Positions 54,606 through 64,000 of a stretch of DNA of 64,000 nucleotides are shown here, piece by piece (within the stretch, counting starts at the first letter, position 1; every line of letters begins with the position of its first letter). The notes under the pieces were generated by a model that made no database searches, was not told the origin of the DNA, and worked only from the letters and a program-made list of their open reading frames with translations. This stretch comes from an uncultured virus (IMG/VR IMGVR_UViG_3300031994_000077) (Duplodnaviria > Heunggongvirae > Uroviricota > Caudoviricetes), in the IMG/VR virus record IMGVR_UViG_3300031994_000077; one strand, given 5' to 3'. The position numbers and the translations under genes were made by a program.

Positions 54606-55365
54606 TGATGAGGTTCTGAAATTTTAGAAAGGAACTCCCATATTATTAGGAGATATATGTGCTATATATTCTGCTACTATTGGTGAAATAGTTGAAATAG
54701 GATATTCTAAGTTTCAAGCGTATCTTGGAATTTTAACAGCTATGAAGCCTGATCCAAAAGATTGTAAGGACGCATAGCTGAAATAGGTTCTTGAAGAAAT
54801 AACAGATTTTTAGTATATGTTAATGATGACCGGTATTGATGATTCTGTTAATAAAATGACAAGAGAAGCTTTTAATTTTTTCATTCATGATGATGTGATT
54901 TTTTCATTAGACCCTGCGTAGATTGTAGTTGGTCGGATAGAAGAAAAACACATAATGGATGAAGAGAAATTTTATGAATTTCAGAGAATTCTTCGTAGAA
55001 TGTATTTCTTAGAGCAAGAAGGCGAAGAGATCGTAATTCATGAAAATGACCCTCCTGCTACTAAACGGTTGAAAATGCAAATGCGGCGAAACCGTGAAAG
55101 AGTGAGGAAAGCGAAAGCTAAGCAGGCCGCGCGAGAAAAAACTGATTTAAATTTTTCTGATTTGATCGGTAGCATTTGTATTAATAATTGCGGCCTAAAT
55201 ATGGAAAATATTTGGAATATTACTTATTATGCTTTACAAGACTAGTTAAAACGCATGGGATGGAGAGATTAGTTTGATATAAACAACCGTGCGGCTTTGG
55301 CTGGTGCTAAACTAAATAAAAAACAGTTGAAACATTGGATGCGTTCAATTGGCAATTTTGAATAA
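54592..55365 (+). CDS. Tail-module protein (possible assembly chaperone), TAG read-through
   Basis: Contains track ORF 54955..55245; open from 54592 to TAA 55365. Confidence 0.7.
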
Positions 55366-55391
55366 TCATGATTTTATAGGAGGTAACTCAT

Positions 55392-56420
55392 ATGGGTGTT
55401 AATATTTTTGACAAATATGGCATTAAAGAGGTTGCTAACGTATATTTTGAGGCCCTAGATGATGATCCAGCGGCTGGTGTATACAAGGGCGACATCGTGC
55501 TATTCCTAGATTCTTTAAAGACTTCTACCATTGAAACAACTGCTGAGAATACTGCTGCGCAGGGCGGCTGGGGCAATCCTAAGCTAGTTCAGTGGGACTA
55601 TGGTAAGGAGATTAACATTACTCTAACAGATGCTCTAATGTCCTTAGAGTCTCTACGTTTCATGCTTGGTGGCGCTATTAAGAAGTCCACTGATGCCGGC
55701 AAGACTGTTTATGTCCATCATACCGAAGAGGTTGTTGTTGACAGTGATGGTGACGTTCCAGCGCCTAAAGACCATTTAACTGGTGTGACTCTTTATCCCA
55801 AGGCTATTAAAGACCATCCAATTAAGCTAATTAATCTTGGCGGTGGCGTTGATGCACAAGGTAATGCTAGTTCAACTGCTGGTACTCGCACGCAGATTGT
55901 TGTAACTGATGAAGCGAATGCTATGGTAGCTAAGAATACGATTAAGTTTAAGAATCCTAAAGCTGGTGTTACAACTCCAACCGCGCCTCTCCCTGGCGAT
56001 CATATTCGTATTTTCTGGGACGAAGCTGTTAATGCGGAACATGCTACGGAATCCGCTGTTGAAGTAACTATTTCTCCTGATACCTTCCCTGGCACTTATA
56101 AGGTTGTTGGCGATACCTTTATGCGGTCTGAGAAGACTGGTAAGGATGAGCCATTCCAGTTTGTTATTAATAAAGCTAAAGTTCAGAGCAATGTTACAAT
56201 CACTCTAGAGGCCGAAGGTGATCCTTCTACTTTTGAGATGACTCTAAACGTTCTCCGTTCTACTAATGATGAAGGTCAGAATGAAATGATGAAGCTAGTT
56301 CGTTATAATATCGCTGATTCCAGTTCTGCGGATGCTGGTAACGATCATGGCTCTTTAGCGGCCAGTTCTACCACCACCGTCGTAACTGAACAAGGCGAAG
56401 ATACCGGCACTGGTAACTAA
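55392..56420 (+). CDS. Major tail (tube) protein
   Basis: Position, strong RBS, biased codon use, following terminator; no TAG. Confidence 0.8.
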   Translation: MGVNIFDKYGIKEVANVYFEALDDDPAAGVYKGDIVLFLDSLKTSTIETTAENTAAQGGWGNPKLVQWDYGKEINITLTDALMSLESLRFMLGGAIKKSTDAGKTVYVHHTEEVVVDSDGDVPAPKDHLTGVTLYPKAIKDHPIKLINLGGGVDAQGNASSTAGTRTQIVVTDEANAMVAKNTIKFKNPKAGVTTPTAPLPGDHIRIFWDEAVNAEHATESAVEVTISPDTFPGTYKVVGDTFMRSEKTGKDEPFQFVINKAKVQSNVTITLEAEGDPSTFEMTLNVLRSTNDEGQNEMMKLVRYNIADSSSADAGNDHGSLAASSTTTVVTEQGEDTGTGN

Positions 56421-56433
56421 TTTAATATAAATA

Positions 56434-56466
56434 ACAGGCTAGGATTTATTCCTAGCCTGTTTTTAT
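56434..56466 (+). terminator. Rho-independent terminator
   Basis: ACAGGCTAGGA...TCCTAGCCTGT followed by a T-run. Confidence 0.85.
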
Positions 56467-56482
56467 TATTGAGGAATAACAT

Positions 56483-57361
56483 ATGATAGATCAATATTTT
56501 GGAGTGAAAGAACTCTATGAAGTTATTCTGCGCGCAAAGGTTCCAATGCGATTTGGGAGCCGTATGTTAGAAGCTGATGAACCTGTTCTGTATTTTGAAC
56601 ACGTAATGATGTCTTTGCTGAAAGAATCTAGTCAGCCAGTTATGGCGCGCGGCGGTTGGTCTAATCTTCCTAGGGTTATTTGGGAAGATCGTTCTGAAGT
56701 TGCTTTCTCTTTATCAGAAGGTGTTTTATCTTCTATTAGTTTAGGAATATTATTAAGTGCTAGTATGAGTACACCAGAAAAAGGTGAAAAATTATTAGTA
56801 CCAAAAAGGGAAGGCCCTTTTGAATTAAATGATTAGCATAGGTTATACTTAGAGCATTGGCCTGTGTCACATGAAAAAAAGAAAACTTTTATTTTTGAAT
56901 ATGATAGAGATGTGGCTCAAAAGAAAATATATGGAAAAAGAATATTAGGGTAGAAAGACCCGTTTGAGCCAGATAAAGATAGACCTTGTTTGGAATTGTA
57001 TAAAGACAAGGCATTGAGTGAATACGCGGATATTGATAAGAAATATATAGTAGATTATTACTATGAGTATGGAGAAGACGCGCTAATATATACTATATAG
57101 AAAGAGCGTTTTAATGGATTATTCACCCTTGAAGGTAAGTTTTACTCCAAGGATGAAAACGAAGGCTTTAATTATACTAATTTAATTTATATGCCAAAAG
57201 TTAGAGTTGTGAGTAATATAAACTTACGCTTGGGAGAAAGGGCTGATCCAACAATGTCCGTTTTTAATATAATTGGACTACCAGAGAATATGGGAGATAA
57301 TCGTAAGGGTATGATTTTAGAAATGACCCGCTTAAGTAGCGATATAGATGAAGAAATATAA
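56483..57361 (+). CDS. Major-tail-protein paralog, 292 aa, TAG read-through
   Basis: FGVKELYEV, ARGGWSN and VSNINLRLGERADPT match YGIKEVANV, AQGGWGN and QSNVTITLEAEGDPS. Confidence 0.75.
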
Positions 57362-57398
57362 GCCACTTCCTAAGTGTTAGGAAGTGGCGTCTTTTTTT
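57362..57398 (+). terminator. Rho-independent terminator
   Basis: GCCACTTCCTAA-GTG-TTAGGAAGTGGC followed by a T-run. Confidence 0.8.
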
Positions 57399-57427
57399 GT
57401 TTATGGAGAAAAGGAGTGTGAAAATAA

Positions 57428-60400
57428 GTGGCAAGTGAGATTGGTAGTTTTGTTGTAAGCTTAAAAGCTAAAATTGAAGGGTATCAGACAGAGCTAAAAA
57501 AAATGTAGGACGTAATGAATTAGATTGGCGCTGATACCAAAATAGGCAAGAATCTTGCTAAGCAATTTAAAAGTGTTAGTAGCGACGTTGAAAAGCTAGA
57601 ACAAAAAATCAATTAGAGGATTTCTTCTGAAAGTTAGATTGTTAGATTAAAAGACTAGTTAGACGGCGTAGATAATAAAATTAAGGATATTGGCGGAACA
57701 TTATAGCAAGTACAATTTAAAGATTTGGATACTACAAAATTTACCGCCAGCATCCAAGAAATGAGCACCAAATTGAAGGAATTAGAAGCTTAGCTTTCTA
57801 ATAACATGGGAGGCAGTTTTAATAAAATTATTCAAGGGTGGCTCGGAAAAAGTGATAATAAATTTGGTAATTTATTAGATAGATTAAAAATTGATCCAAA
57901 AGAATTAAATTATGAGAATTTTTCTCAAGTATTTACAAAAGCTATGGAAGATGCTCGCGCGCGAGCATAGGATTTAAAAAAAGAGATTGAAGGTCTAACA
58001 AAACAAAAAGAACAATATGATAGATTAGCTTCAGAAGCAGAAAATCGTGCGAATTTTAATCCAACAGATGCGGTAAATCAATCTTTAGGTAAATTTGCTA
58101 ATGTAAATGTAAAAGAATTATCTTAGGATAAAATCAAAGATTTTTAGGATAATTTAACAAAATTCTTTCAGGATATAAATTTAGAGCCAGATATTTTAGA
58201 AAAGAAAGTTTAGCCGTTAATTGATAATTTAGTTAATTCTACAAGTAGCGGAGAATTTCAAAGAAAACTAGCACAATTTGAAGGAAATCTAGCAAAAAGT
58301 CTCGGTATGAATAAAACTAATATTGATTAGCTTTTATAGAATACCTTAAATATAGATCCAAAATAGTTCTTTAATTTTGATAATTTTTTAGATACTAGTA
58401 AAATAAATGATTTTTCAACGGAAGTGTCTAATTTACTTAATAATTTAATGCCAGACAAAAGTTCTGATGAAATTAGTGCAACATATGAAACTGTTTTTAA
58501 AGCTTTTACTAATGGGAGTCCAGCAGAAGCTATTAAAGCAGTAACTACAGCATTATAGGAATATTAGAAGGAGCAACAAGCAGTAGCAACTTCAAATAGA
58601 AGTTCAAGCGAAGCAATTGGACAAACTATAAAGGATTTAACTTCAGAATAGAAACAAATTCCTAAAGATATTCAAAGCGGGAACGGCTATTTATCTGTTT
58701 TACAATCAAATTATAATTCATTGTTACAAAAATATGATGAATTAAAACAATAGGTTGAGGAACTACGTTCTTAGCTGAGAGATGCTGGAAAAAATGCAGA
58801 AGGTAATATTCATACCGCAGGAACAAATATTTAGCAAAGTGGATAGAGTGGCCTTGCTGAAAATATTCGTTTAGCAAAGCAATATTCTCAAGAACTTGAA
58901 TCTGTCAAAAATGCTGAATAGATGGTTGGAAAAATTGAGGGCATTACTCAGCGCTGGTTTAGTGTATATGCAGCAGTAAGGATGGTTACTAATGCAATTA
59001 ATTCAATGAAACAAACTATTGCTGAATTAGATAAAACCATTACTGAAATTGCTATTGTTACTGATATGTCTCAATCTGACTTGTGGGGTTAGATGGATAC
59101 TTACACAAGTATGGCAAGAGAATATGCAGCATCTATTTCTGGCGTTTATAAAGTTTCACAATTATACTATCAGCAAGGTTTACAGACTGCCGATGTAATG
59201 GCATTAACTGAATCAACCTTAAAGATGGCGCGCATTTCTGGTTTGGATTATGCAGATGCGACTAACTATATGACAAACGCTGTCCGCTCTTTCAAGATGG
59301 AAATGTCGGAAGCAGATAAGGTTGTAGATGTATATTCCGCTATCGCGGCAAAGTCTGCTACTGATGTTAGCGAATTAGCAGTAGCTATGAGTAAGACAGC
59401 ATCTTCTGCAGAAGCTGTTGGTTCTAGTTTCGAGAATACAACAGCTATGATGGCTGTTATGATTGAAGCTACTCGTGAATCTTCTCAGAATATTGGTAGT
59501 GCAATGAAATCCATAATTTCACGTTATGGTGAATTGAAAGAAAATCCCAGTAAGCTGGTAGATTCAGAAGGCGAGGAACTTAGTTTAAACAAAGTTGATA
59601 CTGCCTTACAAAGCGTTGGTATTAGTATCCATAATGCACAAGGTCAATTCCGTGAATTTGATGATGTTATTATGGAGTTAGCAGAAGCATGGGATACTAT
59701 TGATGTCAATACGTAGAGATATATTGCAACTGTAATGGCTGGTAATAGACAGCAATCTCGATTCTTAGCACTAGTTGGTAGTGGAGAAAGATTAAAACAA
59801 TTGGCGACTGAGGCTGCGGATGCGGAGAATGCTTCTCAATTACAGTTCTTAAAAACATTAGATAGTATTGGAGCTAAGTAGCAACAACTAGAAACAAGTT
59901 TATAGAGTTTATATACGAGTAGCGGATTAGAGCAGTTTTATAAGTGGATATTGGATGTTGGTAATGCAATAGTTACGCAGTTTAACAACATACCAAGATT
60001 ATTTAATTTGCCGATTCCTGCTATATTAAGTTTTGCGACTACTTTCTATTCATTAGCTGACGTTGTGACTAATGTATTCGGTATTATAATGAATAGAATG
60101 GCAGTACATAGATAGCAACTTGAAGCAAGTTTGTCTAATAGTGCGAATACTTAGGTATAGATTGAAGTAGATAAAAATAATTAGGTATTACGTGCTCAAG
60201 AAAACGCTCATGCAAAAGAAGAGCAAGAGCAAGAACGCCATGAAGAAACTATGGCAAAGATACGTGCTACCGGCGGGCGTATAAATGCATATGCCAATGG
60301 AAGACCTGCTGATTTTGTTCCAGGTGGAGAGAACAAATAGTATGGTAATGTAAAAACAGTTAATACTGCTTCATTAGGATTGAACTTGGCTAGTTTGGGG

Positions 60401-63400
60401 CTTGGAGCTATAGCGACTGGTTTAAAGGGTTCTAGTAATGAAGGAATGTAGAAGGTTGGTGGTATTACTGGAGCGTTTTCTCGTGCGGCGAGTGGCGCAG
60501 CATTAGGTTTTACTTTAGGCGGGGGCCCTCATGGAGCTGTTGTCGGCGCGGCAATTGGCGGTATAGTAGGCGCGTTTGAAAATCTTAATGCTATATTACC
60601 TTCTACTAAAGTTTAGATTGAGAATTTAACTAAAGCGGCAACTGACGCTAATAATAAAGCATTACAAGAATAGGCAGAATCTAAGTCATTATAGTCTTCT
60701 ATTGATAAAATAAAAGAATTAGAAAAAGCTAGATATAGTAGCGTTGAAGCAGAAGAGAAATATTTAGAGGCTAATGACGCGCTTGCAGCATCACATTCTG
60801 AATTAATTGCTCGTTATGATGAAACAGGTAGAGCAATTATTGATTTATCTTCAGCTAATAATTTACTGCAAGAATCTTTATAGAATACCGCAGATGCTAC
60901 TAGAGATGCAGCAATTGCTAATTATCGAAAAACAGAAAAAGAAAAAGAAAGTAATACGGGTCCAGTTTTTACTTCTACGGCGGGAAAAACTTCAAATTTA
61001 TTTACTGCTTTATAGGCACAAAGTAATCAAAAAGTACGCACAAAAGCCGCGACAATTGACTAGGACTCTGATAGTCTTTTATAGACTATTAAAAATGATA
61101 CTATAAAAAATATTGCAAGAACTTTCTTAAAGGAAGACATTTCGACTAAAGAAGTTTGGGAAGGATTAAATAGCGCGCGAACATCAGCAAAAGAGATTGA
61201 AGGATTAACTGAATTTGATCAAGCTGTTTTAGATTATATTAATAATACTATGGATGCTTATGAAGTTCAAGTTACGAAATTTATTGCAAGTGATAATAAA
61301 TTATCTAAAACGGGAAAAGCTGGTGCTCAAAATTATATTAATTCTCTTCTTAAAATAGAAACGTATTAGGATAAATTTTTTGAGGATGTTACAGACAGTA
61401 ATGATATAATTGCAGCGATGTTACTAAATCTTTTTAATGATTATAATGGTGATTATACTAAGTATATGAATGATATGCCAAGTAATTTAGAAAAGGTTTA
61501 GGAATAGTTAAAAAATGCAATTAATACGATTGGTATAGATGAGTTTAATAAATTAATAGATTTAAGAAAAACTACAAGTGCGGAAGGCATAACTAGTTAT
61601 ATTAATGAAAAATTTTCTGGATTTGATGAAGCAGTTCGATAGGCTCTTTTAGATTATTTTACCAGCGTTTATAATATTAGTGATTTTACGAATAATATTG
61701 CTAGCTTTAATTCTAAAGGCATTCAAGATATTTTAAATGCGTTCTCAAAGTCTTTTTCTGATTTATCTGATACAGAATTATTAGCAATAAATGCTTAGGC
61801 GGAGTAGATTGACAAAAAGATTGCTACATCCGGATTAACAGAAAAATAGGGACAGGCCGCTTTAAATACTTATTTGAGTCTTTGGGCAAGTTTAGAGTCA
61901 AAGACAAATGGACTAGATTAGTCATAGAGAGATGCCGCAGAAGGACTATTATAGGCTTGGGATGGAACTGCGCAAGGGTTAGAAGCTATAATAGATACAA
62001 TTCCAGAAACTGAAAAGACAAGGGTGTTGTTAAACCAATTTAGAATATTAATTAATTAGCTTTCTAACAATTTAAATACAACCTTTAGTACCCTAGCTTC
62101 TTCTATCGCAGAAGGAATTAAAGATTTTGATACGGCTATTGCTGATATGGCAAAAGGCGTATCTATGGATAAGGCAGTTGAGTATGCAGATAAATTTGGA
62201 GCAGATATAAGTAAATTTGAATTAGATTACTCAACTGGGTTGTTTAAATATGATGATTTAAATGTTTTACAATAGAAATATTTTGATAATTTAAATGAAC
62301 AAATTACTAATGCGAATAGTTATTTAGAAAAATATACTGATTCAAAAAATGCGGATGCTATAAATGACGCTTTAACAGCTTTAAAAAATTCTAAGGATGG
62401 CAAAATTGATAACTCTTTATTTGATGCGATTAAAGGATTAAATAAGGAGGAGATTGAACCAGAATTAAAAGCTTATATAGAATACACCAAGACAGCAGGC
62501 GATAACGCATTAGAATTTTTTGATTGGATTACTAATAAATATAAAGGTATTGCAGAAATATCTGGGCAAGCATTATAGAATGCTCAAGCACGCGGCGCCT
62601 TATAGTTGGGGGATTTAAATGGATTCCTAAAATAGATGAACGTCGATGAGAGTAAATATAATGAAGTAATTTAGTCATTATTGTCTAATAATGGATTCAA
62701 TTATGAAGATATTAAGAAGATCGCGGGTCAAACCGCCGCGGATGAGATGCAAAAATATGCTACTGCAATTAGTGAAGCTTTAGGAGATATTACTAAAAAT
62801 TCAGTAGACGCTGCAATTTCGTCAATAACAAATGGTAAGGTTGAAAATATTCAAGTTAATCAAGCTAATGAGGATATATTAAGGAAACTCGGCGCGACCG
62901 GCGTAGACAGCGGGTCCGCTACTCTAGATTGGTCTGATACTGATATTAATAGTTATCAGGCTAGAGTTAACTAGATTCTCACTACTGGCTTATCTCCAAA
63001 AGATATGGATTCTGCGCTCAGTAGTCTTGAATCAGCAGTATATAATATAGATGTATCTGAAGCAATTAATTCTGTTATTAGCTCTTATGAAGGATTTGGT
63101 ATTGAAGTCGCAAATACTTTTGCATAGGCAACTGGCAAGTCATTATCCATGTTATAGTCGGCAGGAATTTTATCATTTAATAAATTAACTGGAAAATATA
63201 GTGCTAATATTGAAAAATTACGCATATTTATTGCTAGGCAAGAGAATTTATCAAATAAAGATTAGAATGCAATGTTGGCTAATATAGATAAGCAAATACG
63301 TGAAACTAGCGGAATTTCTGTCTTTAATAATATAGCAAAAGATTATAATAATTTAACAGAAGAATCTATTCAATAGTTAGCAGATAAATTAGAACTTAGT

Positions 63401-64000
63401 TATGATACAATAAAAGATTCTCTAACACCAAATAATGATGGAACTTATAAAGTTGATTTAGCCAGATTACAACAATTATAGCAAAATTTAGGCGCGGCCG
63501 CGGATAATAATGCGAAAGAAACCATTGCTTCTATAATAGATGACTATATTGCATAGCTTTCTAATATTAGTTCAATTTAGAATTCTGGATATACTAATTT
63601 AGGCGATATGCAAAAAATTGCTAATGAAATTAATAATGGTAATTTAGACATTTTTGAATGGGATAATCAGTTAAAATCATATGTTTTAAATAGGCAAGGT
63701 ATAATTTAGCAAGTTTTACATGCCACCAGTGAATTAAATTCATTGGATTCGGGAAGTCAAGAATATCAAAAAGCTGCACAGCTAATTAAAGTTAATGGGC
63801 AGTTATTAGCTGAAAATATTAATTTTACTGATTTATTAAATAGTGTAGGTACTAGTGAATATGTAAAGAACGCTTTACAATTTATTGATGCAGTAGAAGA
63901 TTATAACGCTTATCTTTTAGCTACTGGTGAAACCACTTTATTAGATGCTGAAAATTTATTAAAGGCTGTTTCGGAAGGTGGAAAATCCGCCGTAGCAGCG
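57428..64000 (+). CDS. Tape measure protein, partial, very TAG-rich
   Basis: GTG start after AAGGAG; TP901-type tape-measure core near 59000-59800; track ORFs 59093 and 62681 share the frame. Confidence 0.85.

Noticed and set aside
43130..64000. Pseudogenes or a decayed prophage
   Set aside because: The interruptions I traced are all TAG with no frameshifts, and catalytic motifs are intact.

Overview
This window is 64 kb of a large, AT-rich tailed-phage genome. It looks siphovirus-like, and the host is probably a Clostridia-type Firmicute, judging from sigmaA-type promoters, GGAGG ribosome-binding sites and SpoIID/CotH/CD1375-type homologues. The ORF track looks fragmented because many genes read through TAG, most likely as Gln (code-15-like). 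Joining at TAG restores a 2678-aa tail/adhesin-like protein, an SF2 helicase, terminase, portal, protease/scaffold, neck genes and the tape measure. Layout: 1-7.5 kb minus-strand tail-accessory/lysis-type genes; 7.7-16.2 kb giant virion-type protein; 16.2-24 kb small minus-strand genes, a PRPP-synthetase-like gene, an iteron-like origin candidate and a helicase; 24-25.4 kb AT-rich non-coding repeat zone; 25.4-41.2 kb an array of short expression units; 43.1-64 kb head-tail morphogenesis operon. The array is the most unusual part. It has 27 copies of the palindrome TTAGATGTT(A/T)AACATCTAA, almost all 8-10 bp upstream of a -35 box and never more than about 890 bp apart, and one unit is inverted. 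It also has a covarying 5'-leader hairpin (loop AAGGA...) on 9 genes, several paralogous gene families and a 118-nt non-canonical tRNA-like RNA ending in CCA. Array genes contain no internal TAG, and one appears to use TAG as a real stop, which suggests two codes in one genome. All calls are from manual reading; no searches were run.
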